Notes: generated by a model not told the origin, from the letters alone. DNA of 64,000 bases from Bacteriovoracaceae bacterium (GCA_041586955.1 JBFGZE010000008.1:9882-73881), one strand, 5' to 3'; shown: positions 10,482-19,311, counted from the first letter of the stretch. Numbers and translations: made by a program.

Positions 10482-11200
10482 TTCAAGCTCACCAATTGAT
10501 CAAACAAAGAGTTATTATTCCCTGCAAACCTCAAACTTTTAACTCCCAATAAATAGTCTAAATAAGAATTATAGTCCTGGCCGCTAGCGAGTGGAAAATC
10601 ATTAAAATGATTTTTAATAAAGCCGAGGCTAAGTGAAAAGTATCTAGCTAAATAATTTTTCTTTGCCCAAAGCAAGACAGCAATCAATGGTCGCAAGTAA
10701 ATAAAAAGCATTTGATACACAACAGAAAAACCTTTACGCTTGGTCAAATGATCTCTTCTTGTAAGCATCATAACAATGAGGGCAATGAAGCATATTATAT
10801 GACTAAAAATGGTATTCGACTCTTCCAAGATGAATTCCCGCAAATCTTTACTATAGTGGCGAACTTCATCGAGACCACCAAAAAGATAGTAATAACGGCC
10901 ACTTAGCCCTCGCAAACAGATCGTATTATCCCCTGCGTAGCGGTAAAAGCTAATGTTTTCTCGGCCAGTAATAAATGACTCCGCTCGTAAAAACTCGAGA
11001 CTTAAGTCAGACTGATCAACTTCTTTTGCCCCCAGCATGGCCAAAATTAACTTTTCCTTAAAGAAGAAAATAATCAACAAAAGTAGTGTCCACACTAAAG
11101 AGAAGCTCCACGACAAATGATCAAAGGCGTAATAGATAACGCCAAGAGGTAGAATCAAGGTGAAAAGAACTAGGAATTTTAACAAAAAAATATTTAACAT
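10478..11200 (-). CDS. Hypothetical membrane protein (weak resemblance to the HtpX N-terminus, no HEXXH)
   Basis: Two N-terminal TMs then LAMLGAKEV; its stop overlaps the kinase start. Confidence 0.55.
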   Translation of the reverse strand: MLNIFLLKFLVLFTLILPLGVIYYAFDHLSWSFSLVWTLLLLIIFFFKEKLILAMLGAKEVDQSDLSLEFLRAESFITGRENISFYRYAGDNTICLRGLSGRYYYLFGGLDEVRHYSKDLREFILEESNTIFSHIICFIALIVMMLTRRDHLTKRKGFSVVYQMLFIYLRPLIAVLLWAKKNYLARYFSLSLGFIKNHFNDFPLASGQDYNSYLDYLLGVKSLRFAGNNNSLFDQLVSLK

Positions 11201-11243
11201 TTCGCTCTGAGTCTATATAAAGGCCACGTTTCTCGACTTATTA

Positions 11244-11272
11244 TAGACAAAAACCTCGATAAGGGCTATAAC
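11244..11272 (+). promoter_or_regulatory. Sigma70-type promoter for the endonuclease IV-like gene
   Basis: TAGACA-N17-TATAAC. Confidence 0.6.
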
Positions 11273-11312
11273 GCATCATTATAAAAATAAAGGATTTATA
11301 GAAGGGGGTTTA

Positions 11313-12149
11313 ATGCACTTTGATCGTTTACTGTTTGGAACAGCTGGTGTGCCTAATTCTACCGAAAAAAAGAATAATCCCGTTGAAGGGGTTAAGAAAA
11401 TACATGAGCTTGGTTTAGATTGTATGCAATTGGAATTCGCTCATGGTGTAAGAATGAAGGACGAAATATCTTCCGGCCTAAGAAAGATTTCTTATGAGTT
11501 AGGGATTCCTCTAACATCACACGGCCCTTATTACATCAATCTCAATGCTCGTGAGCAAGACAAGATTGATTCTTCAGTTGAGCGCATTATTCAAACCGCA
11601 AAAATCTCAGATCTTTGTGGAGCAGAATCAATGACGTTTCATGCTGCCTTTTACATGAAGGATTCTCCTTTTGATGTTTTTGACCTCGTTGAAAAAAGTC
11701 TTAATGTTATTGAAGAACGACTTGGTCGCCTTGATATTGAAATTGAATTAAGGCCAGAGCTTACCGGCAAAACAAGCCAGTTTGGTTCGCTCGATGAACT
11801 TATTACTTTAACTAAAAGTGTTGGCTCTTGTGCTCCATGCATGGATTTTTCACATCTCTATGCGCGAACAGGTGAGTATAATACTGAAGAAGAATTTGAA
11901 ACTGTTCTGACAAGACTTTCCGACGAGCTGGGTGAAGATGCTCTTAAAAATATGCATATTCACCTGTCTGGAATTAGTTCAAACTCCAAAGGAGACTTAA
12001 AACATCTCAATTTGGAAAGTTCTAATTTCAATTGGAAGGGCTTACTTAATACCCTTAAGCGACTTGATTGCCGTGGGTACATTATCTGTAATAGTCCAAA
12101 CTTAGAGACTGATGCTAAGATGATGAAAGATTATTATTTAGGATTATAA
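11313..12149 (+). CDS. Endonuclease IV-like TIM-barrel protein (archaeal-type Nfo subfamily)
   Basis: FGTAGVP, SHGPYYINL, RPELTGK.SQFG, DFSHLYAR and HIHLSGI motifs. Confidence 0.85.
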   Translation: MHFDRLLFGTAGVPNSTEKKNNPVEGVKKIHELGLDCMQLEFAHGVRMKDEISSGLRKISYELGIPLTSHGPYYINLNAREQDKIDSSVERIIQTAKISDLCGAESMTFHAAFYMKDSPFDVFDLVEKSLNVIEERLGRLDIEIELRPELTGKTSQFGSLDELITLTKSVGSCAPCMDFSHLYARTGEYNTEEEFETVLTRLSDELGEDALKNMHIHLSGISSNSKGDLKHLNLESSNFNWKGLLNTLKRLDCRGYIICNSPNLETDAKMMKDYYLGL

Positions 12150-12174
12150 GCTTTTAGTGATAGGGGCATTTGCT

Positions 12175-12651
12175 TCAAGCAGCTGCTCCTATCAACTCTT
12201 CCAAAGTTTTTTGTTCACAACCTAAGCGAATTAAAAAATAATTATTATCAACCGCCACTAAAAAAACCTTCACTCCAGACTCCACTCCAAAAAGGCCATC
12301 ACAGAAAGTCGAAAACGCAGATTCAGTGGGAACTTCAATAACATTTGATTTTGAAAATTTCTCACTCAGAGTATGGAATAAATCCCATTTTTCTGGGAAT
12401 AAATATTCCTCGCCATTAAAACTCATCTTAAAATATCCATTCTTCTTTGGGAGGCAGATGATTATGGCCTTCGGATCATCAATTTTTGCAAAGATATCAA
12501 TTATACTTTTATCGGGTCTCATCGCCAAGGAGTCACGGAGGCGAAAATAACGCTCCATATCTGGAGAAGCTAATTGTCCTTGCTCATTAGAGCATCTCTC
12601 AATGGTGTTCAATGCTAAATAATATAATCCTGATTTGTCTTCATCCTTCAT
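12175..12651 (-). CDS. Hypothetical protein
   Basis: 158-aa ORF filling the gap; no motif recognised. Confidence 0.6.
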   Translation of the reverse strand: MKDEDKSGLYYLALNTIERCSNEQGQLASPDMERYFRLRDSLAMRPDKSIIDIFAKIDDPKAIIICLPKKNGYFKMSFNGEEYLFPEKWDLFHTLSEKFSKSNVIEVPTESAFSTFCDGLFGVESGVKVFLVAVDNNYFLIRLGCEQKTLEELIGAAA

Positions 12652-12658
12652 GATGATC

Positions 12659-12685
12659 TTATCGGAAGACCTAGGAATTAATTAA
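12659..12685 (-). promoter_or_regulatory. Candidate sigma28 (FliA) promoter, with the -10 ending 7 nt before the ATG
   Basis: Minus strand reads TTAA-N15-TCCGATAA, against consensus TAAA-N15-GCCGATAA. Confidence 0.5.
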
Positions 12686-13119
12686 TTTTGAATGCGTATT
12701 TCTTCTGAAGAATCGATAAAAGTTTTAATATCGTTAACATCGGATATTTTCCAACGATCGTCTTCATTTACGAGCTCCGCAACTTTCTTGGTATCAATAT
12801 CATATGAAGAATTTTGGCCCTTTTGGTTGTATTTAATGACATAGGTAATAAAGCATTTTTGTTCTTCGCAGTTTTTAATAAGTATCTTGAAACTATTTTT
12901 CTTAAAACCCTCACCAATTAATAACTTATTAAATTCTTCCTGGCCCATTGAGGAGTACTTAGCAAGAAGTGGACCTGTTAGTCGTGCCAAATAGTCGGTT
13001 TTATCTTTACTTCCCTTAAAGCTTAAATTAACAAAGCCCTTTAAAGCACTTTCTGGAGTACCTGGGCCGTTACACGCAACAAAAAAAAGTAATAAAAAGA
13101 AAGAGATCAATTTATTCAT
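12682..13119 (-). CDS. Lipoprotein, possibly NTF2-like fold
   Basis: Lipobox FVAC followed by PESALKGF; ends in WKISDV. Confidence 0.7.
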   Translation of the reverse strand: MNKLISFFLLLFFVACNGPGTPESALKGFVNLSFKGSKDKTDYLARLTGPLLAKYSSMGQEEFNKLLIGEGFKKNSFKILIKNCEEQKCFITYVIKYNQKGQNSSYDIDTKKVAELVNEDDRWKISDVNDIKTFIDSSEEIRIQN

Positions 13120-13128
13120 TAAATATTC

Positions 13129-13860
13129 CTAATTAAAAGTAAGTCCTGTACGAAAAATAATATCACAAAATTTTGCCCATTTATCATAATCGTCTTTTTT
13201 TAACACTTCTTGAAACTGGATACCAAATCCATTTGGTAAGGTACTGCAGATTCGCCCTTCTAGCTCTAGCACTTCTCTTTCAAGAGTTAGCACCAGAGAA
13301 ATATTTCTCACTTTTGATAAGGCATGGGTGGACTCTTGATCCATTTTAATGAAAGCACCGTTGTGATCTAAGTTGGTTAATATACCAGGAAGGCAATACT
13401 CCTCGTTTTTCAACTCTGCCTCATGGATACTTTTAATATAAGGATCCAAAACCTCCGCAGAATACTTGGGGGAATAGCAGGCCTTACTTAGCTCTTGCTG
13501 CCATAAGTGGTAAAAATAATAACTACTTAGGATAAATGAGAGGAGTAGAAAGAGCATGAACACCATCGTTAATTTTTGTTCAAAATTTATAAGCGTTAAA
13601 AAAAACGAATAAGAAAAAACACAAACAACATGTAAGATATAAACCTTCATGGAAGATGCTTTTAGTTGATAAGAAGAGACAAGCGCGACACCCGTGGTTA
13701 ATAATGGCAAGGGATACTTTTTGACAAACGCTAAAAGGCCATTTAAATCCCCGAAAGACCACAATTCGCAAAGATGACCAAACATTAAGAAAAAACAAAA
13801 TGAAAAAATCAGATAAAAGCAAAAATTATAAATAGACCACGGTCGGTAAATAATTCTCAT
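13129..13860 (-). CDS. Membrane protein (4 TM) with a degenerate C-terminal PilZ-like domain
   Basis: Four hydrophobic segments, then GILTNLDHNGAFI...LEGRIC...GFGIQF; RBS GAGGAG. Confidence 0.6.
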   Translation of the reverse strand: MRIIYRPWSIYNFCFYLIFSFCFFLMFGHLCELWSFGDLNGLLAFVKKYPLPLLTTGVALVSSYQLKASSMKVYILHVVCVFSYSFFLTLINFEQKLTMVFMLFLLLSFILSSYYFYHLWQQELSKACYSPKYSAEVLDPYIKSIHEAELKNEEYCLPGILTNLDHNGAFIKMDQESTHALSKVRNISLVLTLEREVLELEGRICSTLPNGFGIQFQEVLKKDDYDKWAKFCDIIFRTGLTFN

Positions 13861-13907
13861 ATGCTTTGCGCTCCTCTCTAATATTCTGACAATGCTATAA
13901 TTTAATT

Positions 13908-14108
13908 ATGTTACCAAAATTAGAAATAAATAGTCGATGTATAGCTTGTGATAACTGTAGGTTAATTTGCCCGGAAAAGGCAATCTTGATACACGGACAA
14001 GAGTATTTTATTAATGACTGGACGTGTACTCTTTGTGGTATTTGCCAAAATATATGCCCCACGAACGCTATCGAGGCCGAAGATGAATCAAAGTCTACTT
14101 CAGACTAA
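13908..14108 (+). CDS. Small 2x[4Fe-4S] ferredoxin
   Basis: CIACDNCRLICP and CTLCGICQNICP motifs. Confidence 0.9.
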   Translation: MLPKLEINSRCIACDNCRLICPEKAILIHGQEYFINDWTCTLCGICQNICPTNAIEAEDESKSTSD

Positions 14109-14886
14109 CCACTCCCACTTTATGATTAATTTCCAATTCTTTAAAATCATTGCTTCTTAAATATGATAAATCTATAATGCCCCGGCATTGCTCTGCGCTG
14201 GCCGCATTGTATTTGATAAATAATTCTACCGTGCCTAAATCCAAATAATCAAATTGATCGATATTGATCATTTTAATTGACCTTTCACCAGGCAATGCAA
14301 CTGAATTAAAAAATGAGCTGATACCCATCTGTAAATCCAAGCAATCTAAATTGACAATACTCACACCAGTAAATGTTTCGTAATTTGCAGGACAATCTTT
14401 GTTAGGGATGACACCGAGAAATTGCCCACTTTGACATGAATCCAACCCATTATATCCATCACCTTTTTCAACATTCATAGTAAAAAGAATAATGTCGTCC
14501 TCATATTGATATGATTGAATAAATTGCATAAAAGAGTCAAAAGGAGAGAGGAATATATCGCAATTTAATACTAAGAGATTCCTAATACCACTACTTAGTG
14601 GTGAGCTCTTTAAGTTGTGGATACAACCACCTGAACCTAGTAATTCAGGCTCATGAAGAATGATGACATCTGGATGTAGCTTTTCTAAATATGAATGAAT
14701 ATACTCATAACCCCAATGGGTATTTATTATTATTTTTTCAATACCGGCAGCCTTTAGGCGGCTGATTTTATAATCAAGAAAAGATGTATTTTCAATCGGC
14801 CAGAGTGCTTTTGGTAAAACTTTACCAACGAGACCCATACGAGTTCCCTGACCGGCACATAGGATATAGGCGGCATCAATTTTCAT
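14095..14886 (-). CDS. murU: Nucleotidyltransferase, MurU-like (MurNAc-1-P uridylyltransferase)
   Basis: ILCAGQGTRM...LPKAL, INTHW and EPELLGSGG motifs; coupled to the AmgK-like gene. Confidence 0.7.
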   Translation of the reverse strand: MKIDAAYILCAGQGTRMGLVGKVLPKALWPIENTSFLDYKISRLKAAGIEKIIINTHWGYEYIHSYLEKLHPDVIILHEPELLGSGGCIHNLKSSPLSSGIRNLLVLNCDIFLSPFDSFMQFIQSYQYEDDIILFTMNVEKGDGYNGLDSCQSGQFLGVIPNKDCPANYETFTGVSIVNLDCLDLQMGISSFFNSVALPGERSIKMINIDQFDYLDLGTVELFIKYNAASAEQCRGIIDLSYLRSNDFKELEINHKVGVVSLK

Positions 14887-15904
14887 AATAAATAGTGCTC
14901 AGCAATTTGGCCAATCCATTAAACTCTTTTAGATTAAAAAGTTTTTTTCGAACCACTTCAAAACAACGACCAATATATTTCAAATAACGAATATCATCAC
15001 GAAGATTGTGGATATAACAGAAGCTACCAATCGCCTTAAAAATGCGTTGAATCGTCATCAGATCATAGAGATAATCAAATTGCTCCCGAGACTGAAAACC
15101 TTTTTTGGCGATAAAATTATCATAATAATAGGTCTTCATTATTTGTTTTAGCTCAAGACTAGGACAATAATAGGCATCCTCGAGTAGCGAGACTAAATCA
15201 TATTGGGGTATGCCAAGTCTCGCATCTTGAAAGTCAATGACACATAACTCTTTATTTTTAACCATTAAATTCCGGCTATGATAATCACGATGAGTCAAAA
15301 CCATTTTCTCTTTTGCTAATATCTCACAGATTTTAGAAAATCCTTCTTCAAAAACCTTTTCACTTTCTGAATCTAATGTTGCCTTTAAAAAGGTTTCAAA
15401 AAAATATTTTTTGGTAAATAGAATTTCATCAAATAATTTATTATAATCAAAGCTCATTTTCGCAAAAGGTTCGTTACTGTATGAGCTTATATCCACATTA
15501 TGAATCTTTATTAGCAAATCGACGGCCTTCTTAAAGAGCGCCTCCTCTTTCCTAACATTATCTATATTGCTCAATTCTCTCAAGAAAGTGACATCCCCGA
15601 GATCTTCTTCCAGGAGAAAGCCTTTTTTTAACGATTTATCGATAATTCGGGGGACGCGAATTTCATTAGAGTCTAAAACTTCTTGTACACGAACGAATTC
15701 GTTTCGCTGACCTTTAGTATTAATTGGATTATCCAAACAAGCGACATATAAAGCATCTCCCACCCTGGCGCGGTAATATCTTCTGGTAGAAGCATCCCCT
15801 GCGAGTCTTTCGAGATGGATTGCCCCCTGTTCGATTAAATTTTCATTTATACTACTTTGTATTAGATCTTCTACAAATAATCTTTCCGACCGCTCTAACT
15901 TCAT
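14876..15904 (-). CDS. amgK: Anomeric MurNAc/GlcNAc kinase, AmgK-like (APH family)
   Basis: GDASTRRYYR, LEEDLGD, HRDYHSRNLM, IDFQDA and YDLVSLLEDAY motifs. Confidence 0.85.
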   Translation of the reverse strand: MKLERSERLFVEDLIQSSINENLIEQGAIHLERLAGDASTRRYYRARVGDALYVACLDNPINTKGQRNEFVRVQEVLDSNEIRVPRIIDKSLKKGFLLEEDLGDVTFLRELSNIDNVRKEEALFKKAVDLLIKIHNVDISSYSNEPFAKMSFDYNKLFDEILFTKKYFFETFLKATLDSESEKVFEEGFSKICEILAKEKMVLTHRDYHSRNLMVKNKELCVIDFQDARLGIPQYDLVSLLEDAYYCPSLELKQIMKTYYYDNFIAKKGFQSREQFDYLYDLMTIQRIFKAIGSFCYIHNLRDDIRYLKYIGRCFEVVRKKLFNLKEFNGLAKLLSTIYYEN

Positions 15905-16668
15905 CTTTTCCTACTTATCTCTGAGATTAATCTATAATATGAATAACTGGAGTTTTTTTCAATATTATGGCTAAACCCCTGTCCTTGGTCCGCTAAAAAT
16001 TTCTTAAATTCAAATTCTTCTTTTTGTGCAATTAATTCATTTCCATCAAGAAGAAAAAACTCGGCGGGGTTTTTATTACGTAATTGGATCCAGCTCAGCA
16101 CAGCTGTAGCATCATAGCCAGATCTTTTTAAGATAATGTATGCCCATTTATTGAGCTGATTTGTCACATCTAAAGGTAACTTCAGGTGACCTAATAATTT
16201 TTCAGGACTAATGGCGCCAATTGGAACAAGCATTTTCTTGGGATATATCTTTTTAAATGATTTAATTGCTTGCAATGTCAGGACAGCTATTAAAACGTCC
16301 TCACTTTTCAAAAACTCACTTAACAAATAATTCGTTATATAAATCGAGCCACCTGGAAGACTAAAGCAAATTGGTTTCTTATAATCTATTACAACGACAT
16401 TAACCTCTTCTTGGCTATCAAATAAAAGTTCGTTTTTGCTTATTATTTTTCTAATAATAGAATTAAGGTATTTTTGGCCATTAGAGGATAATGGTATTAG
16501 TTTTAACTCTTTATTCGCTTCAAGGGATTTTTTTAAATGCTTCAGATGATCAATATAATCTTGGTTAGTAATTCCTTGCTCTAGATCCTTATAATTTAGC
16601 CTGAGGTCATTTTTGGAATGACCACAACTAAAAAGCATCAATAACATCATGAAAGACAGAATTTTCAT
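15901..16668 (-). CDS. Lipoprotein with an M48 (BepA/LoiP-like) peptidase fold lacking HEXXH; start reassigned to the ATG at 16668
   Basis: Lipobox LFSC; CFSLPGGSIYIT and SEDVLIAVLTLQAIK (HEXXH position degenerate); ILKRSGYDA. Confidence 0.7.
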   Translation of the reverse strand: MKILSFMMLLMLFSCGHSKNDLRLNYKDLEQGITNQDYIDHLKHLKKSLEANKELKLIPLSSNGQKYLNSIIRKIISKNELLFDSQEEVNVVVIDYKKPICFSLPGGSIYITNYLLSEFLKSEDVLIAVLTLQAIKSFKKIYPKKMLVPIGAISPEKLLGHLKLPLDVTNQLNKWAYIILKRSGYDATAVLSWIQLRNKNPAEFFLLDGNELIAQKEEFEFKKFLADQGQGFSHNIEKNSSYSYYRLISEISRKR

Positions 16669-16703
16669 AAACAAAAGCCCCTCTATAATATAAGGGGCTC
16701 TTT
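16669..16703 (-). terminator. Intrinsic terminator or attenuator hairpin after the LysM gene
   Basis: Stem AGCCCCT (16676-16682) / AGGGGCT (16693-16699), followed by TTTGTTT on the minus strand. Confidence 0.6.
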
Positions 16704-16726
16704 GTACTTTTCCAAACATTTGTTTG

Positions 16727-17419
16727 CTATTCTGAAGCAACATCTCTCTCTGGTACGTAATAAATTGTAAAACCGGCAAAAATTAAATTTGGATCTTGAA
16801 TTAATGGCCGGTTATTGTTGTAAATAGAGCGCCATTTTTTAGCAGTTCCATATTTATCCACCGAAATGGTACCCAAAGTGTCACCTCTTTTAATAAGATA
16901 TGGCAACCCGTTGGGGCTCCAAACAAATTCCTGAGCTGGCCTATTATACTTAATCATATCACCGGTATTCAGGTTAATACCCAAATTGTTAAACGATCTC
17001 AACTCTCTCCATCGACGATAATCTCCATAGATTTTGAATGCAATAAGCATCCAGGTATCACCGTTTTTGACACGATATTGGCCAACACCACCAGCAATTT
17101 CAACGCCTGGGCCTACCGGTGCAGATGCAATCCCTTGTGCAGGAGCAATCTCTTCCTCATTTTCATAGGCTTCTTTCGCGACATTTTCAGGCTCACCACC
17201 TTCATCTACTTCTGCGATCTCTTCCTCATCGACGGCAACCTCTTCGCCAGTTTCTCCGTCTTCAGTAACTAATTCTTCATCTTCGGCATCAACAATAAAG
17301 TCTGCATCATCTACTGTTTCTTCCATGCTTTGTTCATCTTTAGCTGTTTTCCGTTTGCTGTTAGAACATCCCACACTAAATAAAAGGGATAACACCATAA
17401 GCAATTTCAGTAATTTCAT
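16727..17419 (-). CDS. Lipoprotein with a long acidic linker and two LysM domains
   Basis: Lipobox SVGC; Glu/Asp-rich stretch; YRVKNGDTWMLIAFKIYG and YLIKRGDTLGTISVDKYG...IYNNN...DPNLI. Confidence 0.9.
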   Translation of the reverse strand: MKLLKLLMVLSLLFSVGCSNSKRKTAKDEQSMEETVDDADFIVDAEDEELVTEDGETGEEVAVDEEEIAEVDEGGEPENVAKEAYENEEEIAPAQGIASAPVGPGVEIAGGVGQYRVKNGDTWMLIAFKIYGDYRRWRELRSFNNLGINLNTGDMIKYNRPAQEFVWSPNGLPYLIKRGDTLGTISVDKYGTAKKWRSIYNNNRPLIQDPNLIFAGFTIYYVPERDVASE

Positions 17420-17450
17420 AAGACACTCCTGTTCTTTTTTCTCAACAAAC

Positions 17451-17477
17451 TTCTCGTCAGAAATAACTCCATATTTA
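17451..17477 (-). promoter_or_regulatory. Candidate sigma28 (FliA) promoter for the LysM lipoprotein
   Basis: Minus strand reads TAAA-tatggagttatttct(15)-GACGAGAA. Confidence 0.55.
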
Positions 17478-17573
17478 ACCTTTATCTGATAACCGGAAAA
17501 AAGTTCGCCCGTCCAATTTGGTCAGGTTTAATTATTATTACCTAGCTTTGATTAAACTGTAGTATTACAATTA

Positions 17574-18545
17574 TTGAGTATGAAAATAATTCTAGTTTTT
17601 TTATTATCCCTGACTCATGTCCAGTCCTTTTCTCAAGACATTCTTGATGAACTTAACCAGGATACACCTGTCCAGATCCAAGAACTTCCCGAGGAGACAG
17701 TCCTCAAGCTTAGTCCTTCTGGCCGAATACTTGTCCTCTCTTATAAAAGTGAATCTTTTCATAAAGGTGATTTTATCACTCTTGTTTCTGAAGGTAAGCC
17801 TTTCTTACGTTGCCTCGTGGCCAAAATTGATAACCAGAACTCCGGCATTAAGGTTCTTAAAATTTATGACCTCGATATTTGGAAGCGCTTTGCCCCTGGC
17901 CAAAGTGTTAAAATTTTTAGGGGTGATGATCGCGCCCTCTTTACTCAAATCAAGTCTGAACAAAAAAAAGACTCTTTAGATAATGAACACCAAGACCTCT
18001 TTAATGAAGCAGCTATTATTGATGAGAAGCTCGAAATAGAAGAGCATGGGCGCCGTCTTATTAAAACAGATAATATTGTTTCTGGTCTATTTAATAGAAT
18101 CGAGGCCCTCTCATTAGAACAAACATCACAACGCTATAGTCAACTAGGCGTTTCTTGGCAATATCAAGTCGATGATAATATGTGGGGGGAGTTTCTTTTT
18201 GGGCAAAGTCTTATCGAAAATTATCCCGACGTGGGACTGGACACTAAATTAACCAATATCACAATCCGCCTAAAATATACTTTTAAAGCTCCACTATACT
18301 CCTTTTTGCAGCCATATTTCGGGCTACAAGTGATTAACCCATCTAGCCCGGGAGCAGGTGTTGATGATCCAACAGATCCACAGGACCCTAGTGTTCTTGC
18401 TCGTGATATCCAAAGAATTGATGCTCTTAAGAAAACTTCTCTTATTTTTGGGATAACCGTGCTAAAACGATTAGTGCCAGGGTGGTTCGCTCGTTTCGAC
18501 CTTGGTACAGATATCATTAATGGGGGCTTTGGATTTGAATTTTAA
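17574..18545 (+). CDS. Secreted protein with a C-terminal outer-membrane beta-barrel (start may be the ATG at 17580)
   Basis: Signal peptide; amphipathic beta-strands; terminal GGFGFEF. Confidence 0.7.
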   Translation: MSMKIILVFLLSLTHVQSFSQDILDELNQDTPVQIQELPEETVLKLSPSGRILVLSYKSESFHKGDFITLVSEGKPFLRCLVAKIDNQNSGIKVLKIYDLDIWKRFAPGQSVKIFRGDDRALFTQIKSEQKKDSLDNEHQDLFNEAAIIDEKLEIEEHGRRLIKTDNIVSGLFNRIEALSLEQTSQRYSQLGVSWQYQVDDNMWGEFLFGQSLIENYPDVGLDTKLTNITIRLKYTFKAPLYSFLQPYFGLQVINPSSPGAGVDDPTDPQDPSVLARDIQRIDALKKTSLIFGITVLKRLVPGWFARFDLGTDIINGGFGFEF

Positions 18546-18708
18546 AATAGTGATTGTCACCTTTTTAATAATAATGTCTTTTACGGGATGCGGCGTCAAG
18601 CTACCTCCAAAACCCAGTGCAGACTCAATTATTCCCAGCTACCAAGGAAATTTCCTTGTTCAAGCAATAGAAGAAAATACTGATCAAAAAGATTCTAAAA
18701 AAGAATGA
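18529..18708 (+). CDS. Small lipoprotein (LptM/YifL-like CGxKxP motif); start uncertain
   Basis: Hydrophobic segment then FTGCGVKLPPKP; its stop overlaps the folK start. Confidence 0.6.
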   Translation: MDLNFKIVIVTFLIIMSFTGCGVKLPPKPSADSIIPSYQGNFLVQAIEENTDQKDSKKE

Positions 18709-19169
18709 GCTTAATCATCTCCATTGGCAGCAACCAGGGTCATCGGCTTAAATTCCTTGGGCAGGCGAAAGTCCTTCTCAATGAGAAGTTCCAGCTAATC
18801 GCAGAAAGCCAAGTCTATGAATCATTTGCGGTAGACTATACCAATCAGCCCCATTTCCTTAACCAAATTCTTGAATATCAAACACCTAAGATGGATGGAG
18901 AATCCATTTTACGTATTTGCCAAGAAATAGAGATAGTACTGGGGCGCATCCGCACAATAGCTAAGGGCCCTCGTACTATAGACATCGATATCCTTTTTAT
19001 TGATGACCTATCTCAGCAAAGTGCGGCGTTAACCATACCCCACTCTGAAATTCAAAACCGAGAATTTATCCTCAAGCCTCTTGCTGAGCTCCCTTCCTTT
19101 CCCTATCTTGCCAAGAAATTTAATTTAATCGTTCTCGATAATAAGCAGGCCTGGCCGCTTTCTTCCTGA
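18705..19169 (+). CDS. folK: 2-amino-4-hydroxy-6-hydroxymethyldihydropteridine pyrophosphokinase
   Basis: ISIGSN, GPRTIDIDIL and LTIPH...REFILKPL motifs. Confidence 0.95.
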   Translation: MSLIISIGSNQGHRLKFLGQAKVLLNEKFQLIAESQVYESFAVDYTNQPHFLNQILEYQTPKMDGESILRICQEIEIVLGRIRTIAKGPRTIDIDILFIDDLSQQSAALTIPHSEIQNREFILKPLAELPSFPYLAKKFNLIVLDNKQAWPLSS

Positions 19170-19234
19170 TGCAGCGAAGATTTACGATCTATTAGCTTGA
19201 AGTATTATTAACTCATGGAAAAGATAAAAAGGAA

Positions 19235-19243
19235 TGGTATAAT
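19235..19243 (+). promoter_or_regulatory. Extended -10 promoter for etfBA
   Basis: TGgTATAAT about 70 nt upstream of etfB; RBS AAGGAG. Confidence 0.55.
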
Positions 19244-19311
19244 TGAAACGTTTTTTAGACTTAATCTAGTCTCACAATTTTATCTTCGTCATCATAAGTA
19301 AAGGAGACATA

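Noticed and set aside
14876..15904. Aminoglycoside resistance phosphotransferase
   Set aside because: The GDAS.R.Y.R motif and coupling to a nucleotidyltransferase indicate AmgK.
17140..17340. Repetitive TTC/TCA-rich DNA as a tandem repeat or CRISPR
   Set aside because: Explained by Glu/Asp codons of the acidic linker; no fixed-period repeats.
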